Made by a program: the position numbers and the translations under genes
In this document: positions 17,988 through 25,856 of the stretch, in pieces
Layout: each line of letters starts with the position of its first letter
How positions within the stretch are numbered: the first letter of the stretch is position 1
Notes under the pieces: generated by a model
Databases searched by the model: none
What the model was told of the DNA's origin: nothing
The model's input: only the letters and a program-made list of their open reading frames with translations
DNA from: a virus
Taxonomy: Duplodnaviria; Caudoviricetes
DNA: 33,248 nt
IMG/VR virus record: IMGVR_UViG_3300027838_000022
Coordinates: 1-33,248 of that record
Direction: 5' to 3' (one strand)

Positions 17988-18324
17988 TGGAGGCGGCGGG
18001 AATCGAACCCGCGTCCTGTCTTGCTTCACTAATAACATCTACATTGTTAGTCTGTTGTTATCACACAACAAACAAAGCTATCCAAATTATCGGAGTCAGG
18101 TTAATTATAACCATTCGTTACATTTGATTCAAGTGTAACATCTATATCCGAATTATCGGAGTCAACACAATTGGGTAAAAAGGTCTGTGTAACCCCCGCA
18201 GCTAAGCTGCAATTGCTAAATTAGATTCGGCAATTAAAAATTTGGTCAACTTTTATAGTGGCCTGTTGACCAGCCACTCAATGCAGTTACTACTTTCACA
18301 AACAGTCGATACCATTTCGCCCCC
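17988..18324 (-). ncRNA. ssrA: tmRNA; tag ORF 18231..18202 encodes (A)AESNLAIAA*
   Basis: 5' GGGGGCG pairs with 3' CGCCTCC-A including G3:U70; T-arm GCGGG-TTCGATT-CCCGC; pseudoknot 1 (AGTGGC/GCCACT and GGTCAAC/GTTGACC); resume codon GCC after TAATT; tag ends in AA. Confidence 0.95.
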
Positions 18325-18540
18325 TTATTCTTCCCATTCCCATCCCGCAGCTTCAACTACAGTTTCAACATCAAAGGAAAGCTCTGGCGAGCTTTCAAAG
18401 CCTCTTCTGTTCACATCAAATTCATGGTCAACAGTAATTCTTTTTGTAATACTATTTATAGCTCTACAGCAGGCATCAAAAGGGTTTTTAGCTACCAGAA
18501 CAACTTCTAACTCACCGGATTTTACATAAAACTTAGGCAT
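18325..18540 (-). CDS. Hypothetical protein, MPK[YF]YV family (paralog of 17422..17667)
   Basis: MPKFYVKSGELEVVLVAKNPFDAC...VNRRGF; its TAA abuts tmRNA +1. Confidence 0.7.
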   Translation of the reverse strand: MPKFYVKSGELEVVLVAKNPFDACCRAINSITKRITVDHEFDVNRRGFESSPELSFDVETVVEAAGWEWEE

Positions 18541-18544
18541 TATT

Positions 18545-19093
18545 TTATACACCACCCGTTACTAGATTACACATTTTAATAAAATGCTCTTTTTCAAAAC
18601 TGTGTTTCATTAGATTTATATGTTTATGACAAAACTCTATGTTTCCCAGCACATACCCCTTTGAGTTATCAATCCTGTCCAGAGATGCTGTTCTTTCTTG
18701 TCGCCACGCCCGCACACCAAAGGTTAAATCTTCGCCAGTATATGCACACTTGCCTTTTTGTTTTTCCCATTGGTTTCTCACATCCTCTATCGTAATAGAA
18801 AATTCTTTATCCCGCCTACCAGCCCCAATCTTGAAAGAATTGAAAAATCCCAGCGGTATATCTCCACAACCTTGCCATGCATGCGAACCTTTTCCTGTGG
18901 TGCAACGTTTGCATCCACAGCTTTTAGTGTCGCCAGCGTTTAATCTCCCCGTCGGAGATTCATATTTATTTCCACAATCACATTGAAGAAGCCACCGATA
19001 GTGGCCATGTTTATCACGGATTTTCATGTCGGCAATAATAACACCCATCCCAAATCTTTGACCTATATCAAATATTTTTCTTTTTCTAGGCAT
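18545..19093 (-). mobile_element. Free-standing HNH-type homing endonuclease
   Basis: RFG...W..QCDCG...SCGC N-domain; CAYTG...SLDRIDNSKGY..GN...INLMK nuclease domain. Start moved to MPRKRK (GGAG SD), outside tRNA-Ile. Confidence 0.8.
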
Positions 19094-19105
19094 TAATTCT
19101 CCAAG

Positions 19106-19178
19106 TAGGACGGGATGGAATTGAACCATCGACCTGTCGCTTATAAGACGACTGCTCTAACCACTGAGCTACAGTCCC
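19106..19178 (-). tRNA. tRNA-Ile(UAU), no CCA
   Basis: GGGACTG-TA-GCTCAGTGGTTAGAGC-A-GTCGT-CTTATAA-GCGAC...GATGG-TTCAATT-CCATC-CCGTCCT-A; one acceptor-stem mismatch. Confidence 0.9.
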
Positions 19179-19183
19179 ATATG

Positions 19184-19987
19184 CTATTTCTTGCTTCCTA
19201 TTATAACATAGTTAGGCCACGATGATACAGGAAATTCTTCAAGAACCTCTATATCAAAATCTTTCTCAACCTTCTTGATAAAGTTTGCTTTTCTAAGTTC
19301 GTCGTGCATGTTCATCAGCAAGTATATGCTATTTGATGTTAATATGTATTCATCGTAGTAATCATCAATTCCAGCATCATCCATTTCAGAAAGACAAAAC
19401 TCACTAATGGCTAAATCATAGGTAAATCCATGTGGCTGCATCTTTACTTCTTCTTCGCTTCCAAAAGAGCGAGTGTGCATGTTTTGCATGCCAGAAGCAT
19501 AGGAGATGCTTTTATGCATACCAATTCTATTCAAGTATTTTCTTGTTAAAAGCACCACGTTATCTAAATCTACCAGATGATAGTTAAACAAATCATAGTA
19601 AGTATGGAGCATGTAACACAGTCCACCATACCCCACCCCTATTTCGACAACGCTTTTATTGTTAAGAGAGCCAAAGTGTGTTTTAATATCGCATAAAGTG
19701 TGTAAATACCTAAGTGTGCTGGGAGATATGGGGCCGGTTTCGGATTCCCACAATGCGGGTTCACCAACAGTGTCATTAACTATAAATTCATCCATCCTGT
19801 TAAAGATGGAGGGGAAGCTGTCTTTTATATTGTTGTACCAAACCTCTGCTTGCCAGTCAGTAGCCATGCCCACGATTGAATTATAATTAGGGTTGCTCTT
19901 AAAACCAAGAAAGTCTTGTTCGCTAACAAGGAACCTGTTTACCGAGTGAGAATATCCCAAGGCAAGCCCCGGTGAAACTGTCCACAT
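19184..19987 (-). CDS. Putative sugar O-methyltransferase (class I SAM-dependent)
   Basis: ND.VG.P, SPSTLRY, VVEIGVGYGG, LVDL, DLAIS..CLSE. Confidence 0.8.
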   Translation of the reverse strand: MWTVSPGLALGYSHSVNRFLVSEQDFLGFKSNPNYNSIVGMATDWQAEVWYNNIKDSFPSIFNRMDEFIVNDTVGEPALWESETGPISPSTLRYLHTLCDIKTHFGSLNNKSVVEIGVGYGGLCYMLHTYYDLFNYHLVDLDNVVLLTRKYLNRIGMHKSISYASGMQNMHTRSFGSEEEVKMQPHGFTYDLAISEFCLSEMDDAGIDDYYDEYILTSNSIYLLMNMHDELRKANFIKKVEKDFDIEVLEEFPVSSWPNYVIIGSKK

Positions 19988-20001
19988 AATATCATTCCTT
20001 T

Positions 20002-20050
20002 AAAAAGACAACTAGCCCCCACCAGCAGAACACCAGTGGAGGCTAGCGTC
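20002..20050 (-). terminator. Rho-independent terminator
   Basis: GACGCTAGCCTCCAC...GTGGGGGCTAGTTGTC hairpin followed by T5. Confidence 0.65.
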
Positions 20051-20058
20051 GGCGGGGG

Positions 20059-20595
20059 TTACTCGTCCTCTTGGTTAAAGAGGTTCTCTACCTTCTTATT
20101 AAACTCTTCAACAGCTTCTTCTGTGCTTTGAAGAGTCTCTCCAGCACTTTCGTCAAAAGAAGGGATAAGAATGGCTCCTTCTTCTACGGGGCGCTTTTCG
20201 ATAATAACTGCATGGTCTGGGTACACGTCTTCCATAGCAGCATGGTATCCATCCTCATACTTCATTTCGGCAATATACTCATTCTGAGTTAAACCTTGCT
20301 CGTAACCCTCATGCCAAGTTGAAGAAAAATTTTCTTCGTTTCTAAGGAAGGCTGTGATTCCCTCTAGCCTCCCCTGCTGGATAAGAGACTCGCTTGTTAG
20401 CCCATTTAGGTCAGACATCCTACTATACAAAATCTCACTAAGCCACTCCGAGTTAACATTGGAGCGTAAGTCCTCAAGCTGCACGATGCTCTCAAGCCGA
20501 GAAACTTCTTTCTGTAGACCTATGGAGTAATTGGCAAGTGTAAAAAACGAAGCAGCAGCGCAAAAAACAGAAATCTTTTTAGTAAAGGTGTTCAT
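20059..20595 (-). CDS. Secreted or anchored coiled-coil protein with GYxxG repeats
   Basis: Start at MNTFTKK (AGGAG SD); WHEGYEQG and YEDGYHAA. Confidence 0.6.
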   Translation of the reverse strand: MNTFTKKISVFCAAASFFTLANYSIGLQKEVSRLESIVQLEDLRSNVNSEWLSEILYSRMSDLNGLTSESLIQQGRLEGITAFLRNEENFSSTWHEGYEQGLTQNEYIAEMKYEDGYHAAMEDVYPDHAVIIEKRPVEEGAILIPSFDESAGETLQSTEEAVEEFNKKVENLFNQEDE

Positions 20596-20708
20596 AGAAC
20601 TTCTCCTAGAGTATAGCAAAGGAAGAAAATTAATGTGTTAAGTTTAGTAGGTGTTTTAAAGTGCCCCCCGTTTAATCTTTAACTTCTTATTATCCGACCA
20701 CCCAGCCT

Positions 20709-20737
20709 AGTGTAAGGTTTTGATTTTGAATTGTCAA
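20709..20737 (-). promoter_or_regulatory. Sigma-70 promoter
   Basis: TTGACA-17 nt-TACACT. Confidence 0.7.
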
Positions 20738-20799
20738 CCACAAATTTTAGAATTTTGTAGAATCGAATCAGGAAGGATGGGCTACTACAAATTACTCCT

Positions 20800-20839
20800 A
20801 AAAAGATGCCGTAGCAAGGTCGTCACCGCTACGACATCT
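20800..20839 (-). terminator. Rho-independent terminator
   Basis: AGATGTCGTAGCGGT-GACG-ACCTTGCTACGGCATCT hairpin followed by a T run. Confidence 0.7.
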
Positions 20840-20860
20840 AGAAAGAACATAGTAATAATG

Positions 20861-21217
20861 TTACGCCATAGCGTTTACACCAAGAGCCAGCTTCATTCTG
20901 CCGCGAAGCACTTGGTAATTTCCTCTATTCGAGGACGCCTTACCTGCGTTTACTACGTTGTCGGCCAGAGTTGTGCTTACCGAAAGATTTCTAGCGGCAG
21001 ACCTCTGGCCTCTCTTGGTGTCTCGAAATGTTCCATTGCCGGTATACCGACAAACAGCAGTTAAAGGACTAAATGTTCTTCCCCTGTCAGCGCCATTTCT
21101 AGCAACACCTAAAAGTTGGTTCTTTCCATTAACAGACCATCTATAAGCCTTGGTCGTCTTTTCAAGAGTCAGTATAAATTGTGTCTCGTTCATTTTTTTC
21201 TCCTTATTTTGTTCCAT
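20861..21217 (-). CDS. Basic hypothetical protein
   Basis: Bounded by a promoter and a terminator; AAGGAG SD before MNETQF. Confidence 0.6.
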   Translation of the reverse strand: MEQNKEKKMNETQFILTLEKTTKAYRWSVNGKNQLLGVARNGADRGRTFSPLTAVCRYTGNGTFRDTKRGQRSAARNLSVSTTLADNVVNAGKASSNRGNYQVLRGRMKLALGVNAMA

Positions 21218-21228
21218 CCTATATCGTT

Positions 21229-21257
21229 ATTCTAAACCACTCACGCCCAATTTGCAA
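21229..21257 (-). promoter_or_regulatory. Sigma-70 promoter
   Basis: TTGCAA-17 nt-TAGAAT. Confidence 0.6.
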
Positions 21258-21276
21258 CAAGTTCAGTCCGAAATTT

Positions 21277-21618
21277 TTATGACACCATTACATCCTCAAC
21301 CCCTCCGTAAATTATATACCAGACGACAAAAACCTGAACAGTAAACACTGATACCATACAGACCCAAGCCCACCTTCGCTTACACTTATATAAGAGAGCT
21401 AAAATTCCAAGAGCCAGCATTGTTCCGGCAAGTTTTAGCGAAACAAAAATGGACACATCCCCATCGTCCAATTCTATAAGCCACAGCCCAAGTGGATTTT
21501 TTTCTATTGAAGATATGAACTCTCTATTTTTTACCAGCCAAAATGTATCATAGGCAGACACAAGACCTACACCCACCCACAAAATGCTGTAAAGTATAAA
21601 CCATCTTTTAGCACACAT
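21277..21618 (-). CDS. Three-TM membrane protein (E.NP motif, DUF5658-like)
   Basis: YD...EKNPLGLWLI...K motif between TM helices. Confidence 0.55.
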   Translation of the reverse strand: MCAKRWFILYSILWVGVGLVSAYDTFWLVKNREFISSIEKNPLGLWLIELDDGDVSIFVSLKLAGTMLALGILALLYKCKRRWAWVCMVSVFTVQVFVVWYIIYGGVEDVMVS

Positions 21619-21625
21619 TGTTCAT

Positions 21626-22177
21626 TTATGTTTCCCCATAGACCTTTTCAAAATCGAAAAAGCGCCATTTGTTGTGACTGTCTGCATTACTATTTGTGTT
21701 TACATGCTTCAAGTATCCCATAACCCCACTCCAGTCGTCAAATACCATGTCGTGAGGCACAATTCCAAACATCCAGTTTGGCAAATCCTCTTTTCCCTGC
21801 TTGCATCGTATGATTAGCGGCTTCTTTTGGGAAACAGCAACGAACGCTTCATGGTATGAGCCACAAAGATGAACGTCTAAATCTAAGTTCATTACTACGA
21901 AGTGAGCTATATCAACCATCCTTAAGTCCACTGAGCAAATTGGCTTCATTATCTCAGACACTTCATCGAATTTCCCATTTTCTTTCAAACTGGAAATTTT
22001 TTCTCTGGTGTTATAATCCTCTGGAGCAAAGTCGCTTGGCTTGTCGCATGGATTAAACACACCAACGCCCAGCTTCTTTAACTTCTTCGAGATGTTTTCT
22101 CGCCATTCAACCCCGCCATCTGGAACCCTGTCCATAGGCCCGCATAGATAGCAAGTCATTCCTTTTAGCCTATTCAT
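21626..22177 (-). CDS. Nucleoside 2-deoxyribosyltransferase-like protein
   Basis: YLCGPM, WRE, VFNP, DL..VD, GS..E...A...KP. Confidence 0.75.
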   Translation of the reverse strand: MNRLKGMTCYLCGPMDRVPDGGVEWRENISKKLKKLGVGVFNPCDKPSDFAPEDYNTREKISSLKENGKFDEVSEIMKPICSVDLRMVDIAHFVVMNLDLDVHLCGSYHEAFVAVSQKKPLIIRCKQGKEDLPNWMFGIVPHDMVFDDWSGVMGYLKHVNTNSNADSHNKWRFFDFEKVYGET

Positions 22178-22703
22178 ATTTCAGCTTCCTTTTCATTTTG
22201 TCAACAGCCTTAGCTATAGTATAACTAACTGCTTGCTTACAAATCCCCTCTTCTTCAGCTATATGAATCATATTTTTGCCGCCTACATATTTTCTTATAT
22301 ATCTTTCCTGTTTTTCTGTTAGACTACTCTTAGATATAATGTTTTCTATATCAATTTCTTCTTCGTCTCCGGTAGTATAGAACATGTTTACTAGCTCATT
22401 TTCTTTTCCTGAGCCGGAAGTTCCTATTATCGTGTTCAGAGATATTGGTTTTTTCTTGCGTCTATTAGAGATGATATTCTTTAATGCGTATCTTGCCCTA
22501 AGTATTCTCCAAGTAGACTTCTTAGCCCCCCTAGATGGGTCATATGTTTGGTCTGCAACCATCATATAGTAGGCCACCAGACCCACATTATCATTATCCC
22601 TCATCATCCAAGGCTGACCCCACTTACACATTACAGCCTTAGCTTGCTCCAGATACCAATGTAAACTGTTTTCAGGATTTTTCATTTTCAACAATCCTTT
22701 CAA
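22170..22703 (-). CDS. Second sigma-70-like/HTH regulator
   Basis: ADQTYDPSRGAKKSTW (region 2-like), ISLN, LTEKQ...IAEEEGICKQAVS (region 4 HTH). Confidence 0.7.
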   Translation of the reverse strand: MKGLLKMKNPENSLHWYLEQAKAVMCKWGQPWMMRDNDNVGLVAYYMMVADQTYDPSRGAKKSTWRILRARYALKNIISNRRKKKPISLNTIIGTSGSGKENELVNMFYTTGDEEEIDIENIISKSSLTEKQERYIRKYVGGKNMIHIAEEEGICKQAVSYTIAKAVDKMKRKLKYE

Positions 22704-22935
22704 ATTCTTTATGAGTGAAATGTTTTTCCATAATCACTTCTTCATTATCAATGACACTTTCTTGCCTAACAAGCCTAAATGAAACACCATCCCTGTTAAC
22801 CAAAAACTTCCTTTTCACGTTTTTGTCTTCTTCTATGGTTATAGAAAGCTCATTCTTAAACCCATCTTTTATCTCAACCGTTTCCCTGAAAAGAGTTGTC
22901 CCCACGTTTTTCCAGTACCCTATTTTCATCTTCAT
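22672..22935 (-). CDS. Hypothetical protein
   Basis: ORF track; overlaps its neighbours. Confidence 0.5.
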   Translation of the reverse strand: MKMKIGYWKNVGTTLFRETVEIKDGFKNELSITIEEDKNVKRKFLVNRDGVSFRLVRQESVIDNEEVIMEKHFTHKEFERIVENEKS

Positions 22936-23218
22936 CCTCTTTGATTTTGCTTATTTCTTCTTTTAGCAGGGTAAAAAACTTTTTTGATGACTCCACCCGA
23001 ACAGTTTTTTCGTTTATCTTTATTTGTCCTCGCTCCAGAACCCCTGAATTTGCATACTGTATATCTATTACATTTTCTGCCCTAGAGGAAATTAGGGAGT
23101 CTGTAGTTGTGGGTTCCAAGAGATTATCAAACGCTTTTTTGATTGCTAGTATTAATCTCATTCTATCAGATTTATATTTTATATATCTCTTTTGCATGTT
23201 AGTAGTTAGCCTAATCAT
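22874..23218 (-). CDS. Hypothetical protein
   Basis: ORF track. Confidence 0.45.
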   Translation of the reverse strand: MIRLTTNMQKRYIKYKSDRMRLILAIKKAFDNLLEPTTTDSLISSRAENVIDIQYANSGVLERGQIKINEKTVRVESSKKFFTLLKEEISKIKEDEDENRVLEKRGDNSFQGNG

Positions 23219-23366
23219 ACACAGAATGAAAAAAGCACGCAGACCATAGCCAAAGCTCAGTCATATAGCTTGGCTTAAACCCATTAATGGATGCTGTAAT
23301 TAAAGCAGCAAGCATAAACACAGTACCAAATTTAATCTTAGCCCTGTAATTATTTTCGTTATTCAT
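23211..23366 (-). CDS. Small membrane protein (51 aa)
   Basis: Manual translation MNNENNYRAKIKFGTVFMLAALITAS...FFHSVYD; GGAG SD. Confidence 0.45.
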   Translation of the reverse strand: MNNENNYRAKIKFGTVFMLAALITASINGFKPSYMTELWLWSACFFHSVYD

Positions 23367-23865
23367 TTTTCTCCAACACTAATATCTTGTGTGGTTCATT
23401 GTAACTACAAAGTTCTTCATTATAGTTAGACTCGCCCATATAGATAAACTCCCTCACGTTAGCCTTCCTGCCTCTTGTGTGTAACTGGAGACCAATTATC
23501 CCGCAGCTTTTTGGGCCATTGTCGTATATTTCCACTACTTCAAACCTACCCTTCTCCCCAAGCATTATCTTTTCCCCCGGCTTGTCCTTACTAAGCCAGT
23601 ATGGGCCACTCCCAACGATACACTTTATTATATCACCCTTTTTTAAGTCTCGCCAATTAGAGGCATCAATTTCCTGCTGCTTTTTCTTAGGAATATAAAA
23701 TTGATAGCCGCATTTGCACTTACTGGCTCTTGCGTGGGCCTTATTATCACACTCTGGGCATTCTTTTGTTGGGACGCCTCTCTTTTTGGGGGCTGGGATA
23801 GACTTGTTGTCGTTTTTCATTGCTTCAAAGGCTTTTTTTATGTCAACTATCTGGCTCATTTTCAT
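23359..23865 (-). CDS. Zinc-ribbon protein
   Basis: KECPECD...CKCGYQF. Confidence 0.6.
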   Translation of the reverse strand: MKMSQIVDIKKAFEAMKNDNKSIPAPKKRGVPTKECPECDNKAHARASKCKCGYQFYIPKKKQQEIDASNWRDLKKGDIIKCIVGSGPYWLSKDKPGEKIMLGEKGRFEVVEIYDNGPKSCGIIGLQLHTRGRKANVREFIYMGESNYNEELCSYNEPHKILVLEKNE

Positions 23866-24166
23866 TCAACTCCGTAATTTTTGGCATTAGCTCTTCAAAA
23901 TTAGGTAAATCAAAGGGTGATATGGCTTCCTCTATTTCCCACAGTTCGTGAGCGTTTCTCCTTCCGTCTACAGGGTCTACATATGTACAAATTCTATGGT
24001 ACTCTGGTTCCATTTCTTCGTATAGCTCTTTTAATTTTTTAACTCTTCGCCCTCTGTAATCACTAAACTTCTTCATTCTGCCTATATGCTTTTGAGTTTT
24101 GGGAAATTGATGCTCACATATGTTAAGAGGAGTCGGAATATCTCTATCGTTACGATTAAAACTCAT
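23843..24166 (-). CDS. Hypothetical protein
   Basis: ORF track; AGGA SD. Confidence 0.5.
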   Translation of the reverse strand: MSFNRNDRDIPTPLNICEHQFPKTQKHIGRMKKFSDYRGRRVKKLKELYEEMEPEYHRICTYVDPVDGRRNAHELWEIEEAISPFDLPNFEELMPKITELNENEPDS

Positions 24167-24184
24167 TTTACTGTTCCTGTTCAG

Positions 24185-24505
24185 TTAATAGGGCCATCTT
24201 TCTGCCATAGTCTTATTAATGTGACCATCTTCTCCAATATCAACTAACCACCGACCATACTTTCCGGTCTTGTGCGTGGTTACTACAACATATCCTTCGT
24301 CATCCATGCTGTCTATGATTAATGTCTTAAGGGCTTCGGTGGCAAAGGCATAATCATCCCGCCCCCTCTCTGGAGTATCAACTTTTAGCAAGCGGCATCT
24401 AACGTGGGCAGTTAGCCTGAAACCCAAGTCTATCTCAAAGTCTACGGTGTCTCCGTCTACACACCTAACTAATTTTGCTCTGTAAGTATACATTAGCTTC
24501 TCCAC
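24185..24505 (-). CDS. Thermonuclease (SNase-like) family protein
   Basis: MYTYRAKLVRCVDGDT...IDLGF...RL..VDTPE...GKYGRWL. Confidence 0.85.
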   Translation of the reverse strand: MEKLMYTYRAKLVRCVDGDTVDFEIDLGFRLTAHVRCRLLKVDTPERGRDDYAFATEALKTLIIDSMDDEGYVVVTTHKTGKYGRWLVDIGEDGHINKTMAERWPY

Positions 24506-24684
24506 TTAAATCCTTTTTCAAGAGCCTCTTTTGCTCTCGTTTTTGAATCGTAATAAACACTAAACCTATCGTGATTGCCACACCCCTCACATATTCTTCC
24601 TATGTAATATCCATCAGGGTCTTCGCAAATATCGCAGCGTTCTTTTCCAGAGTAGAATTTTTTATTACACTTAACACATTTCAT
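24493..24684 (-). CDS. Small Cys-rich protein (three CxxC)
   Basis: CVKC, CDIC, CEGC. Confidence 0.5.
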   Translation of the reverse strand: MKCVKCNKKFYSGKERCDICEDPDGYYIGRICEGCGNHDRFSVYYDSKTRAKEALEKGFKWRS

Positions 24685-25109
24685 GGTAGCTCATTTACTT
24701 TCCAACAGCCATAAACGCATTGACCATCATACCAGCCAATCTTATAGGCATCATTGATAACGCCATTCACCACAGCATAAACATGCTTCACAGCTTTACA
24801 AATATAAACACCTTTAGAAAACTCTATAGCGAAACGCTTAGGACTCATTCTTTTTTTTCCTTTCACTAAAGGAAAGGGTTTCCAAACAAACTCATATCCT
24901 AATGCACAATCATAAGAACGCTTCTTAGGAAATAGAAACGATTTTCTAAACCTACGACCACGTTCTTTGAGAAAGTCATGAGCAGTATTGTAATCTGTAT
25001 TAGTAGAGATAGCTAAAGCCCTTACGGTACAATCGTTTCTTTCGTTGGGATTGTTTTCTTTACGACCAGCAAGGGTGTAAGTATGTGGTAGTTTTTCATC
25101 TAGACTCAT
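24681..25109 (-). CDS. Phage hypothetical protein (DCxVRA...H...V.DG-type motif)
   Basis: NDCTVRALAI..., KHVYAVVNG.IND. Confidence 0.6.
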   Translation of the reverse strand: MSLDEKLPHTYTLAGRKENNPNERNDCTVRALAISTNTDYNTAHDFLKERGRRFRKSFLFPKKRSYDCALGYEFVWKPFPLVKGKKRMSPKRFAIEFSKGVYICKAVKHVYAVVNGVINDAYKIGWYDGQCVYGCWKVNELP

Positions 25110-25114
25110 TTAAG

Positions 25115-25186
25115 TGACCCCAAGCGGATTTGAACCGCTGTTACCGGCGTGAAAGGCCGGTGTCCTAACCACTAGACGATGGGGCC
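25115..25186 (-). tRNA. tRNA-Glu(UUC), no CCA
   Basis: GGCCCCA-TC-GTCTAGTGGTTAGGAC-A-CCGGC-CTTTCAC-GCCGG...AGCGG-TTCAAAT-CCGCT-TGGGGTC-A. Confidence 0.95.
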
Positions 25187-25369
25187 AGCCCACGCCCTTT
25201 CATGAATGTAGTAGGCAGCAGATTTTATTATAATGTCTGCCAGACCAAATGCTATACCAAACTCAATAGACGATGTGTAAAAATAAATTAAGCCTACACC
25301 TATTGAAGTAGCTATTACTCTCCAAGAAATAGTTTTTAGTATGGTTCTTTTTTTTGAGTCTTTGTTCAT
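25172..25369 (-). CDS. DUF2061 family membrane protein; last 4 codons and stop lie inside tRNA-Glu
   Basis: DS.KR...KTISWR...K...YY.HERAW. Confidence 0.85.
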   Translation of the reverse strand: MNKDSKKRTILKTISWRVIATSIGVGLIYFYTSSIEFGIAFGLADIIIKSAAYYIHERAWAGPIV

Positions 25370-25615
25370 CTATAAAGGCCACTCTGGAATTTCTGGCTCC
25401 CGCCTTCCCTCTTGCAATACTTTCCACTGTCCTGACGAAAAATGTGTTATCCTAGTTAATTGTTCTAACTCATCTTTCAGCTTCTCTCTTTTTTCTCCAA
25501 GCTTTAAGATTTCACCTTCATTACCCTTTTGTGCAAACAAAACCCTTATTCCTCTTTCTGTTTTTCTTATCTCATAGTCTAAACTGGAAATCTGAAGCTT
25601 TGTTATTTTGTCCAT
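25370..25615 (-). CDS. Hypothetical protein
   Basis: ORF track; abuts the next gene. Confidence 0.5.
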   Translation of the reverse strand: MDKITKLQISSLDYEIRKTERGIRVLFAQKGNEGEILKLGEKREKLKDELEQLTRITHFSSGQWKVLQEGRREPEIPEWPL

Positions 25616-25628
25616 CTAGATAAACCAG

Positions 25629-25856
25629 CTATCCACAATCACTACGAGGGGTTCTGTGTTTGTTAGTGGCTTCTGTCATCCACTCAATCATGTCTTTGTT
25701 CATATTTGCCCACGATTCCACATCGGGGTGCATACGGAGCCATCTCTGGCCGTCAATATCTATTACGTCGTCACCATTACCAGACTTCTCTACTAATTCA
25801 TCGTATTTTTCTGCCTTTTCTTTATTATTCATCCTTGTCCTCCAAGATTGAAACAA
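25629..25856 (-). CDS. Hypothetical protein (likely start MNNKEK)
   Basis: GGAGG SD before MNNKE. Confidence 0.5.
   Translation of the reverse strand: MFQSWRTRMNNKEKAEKYDELVEKSGNGDDVIDIDGQRWLRMHPDVESWANMNKDMIEWMTEATNKHRTPRSDCG

Noticed and set aside
701-18551. Other GTGTATA hits (703, 5191, 15644, 18545) as promoters
   Set aside because: They fall inside coding frames (GVY, EVYN, LCIT, GV*) and are explained by codons.
19094-19129. N-terminal extension of the HNH ORF
   Set aside because: It overlaps the tRNA-Ile T-arm; an SD supports the ATG at 19093.
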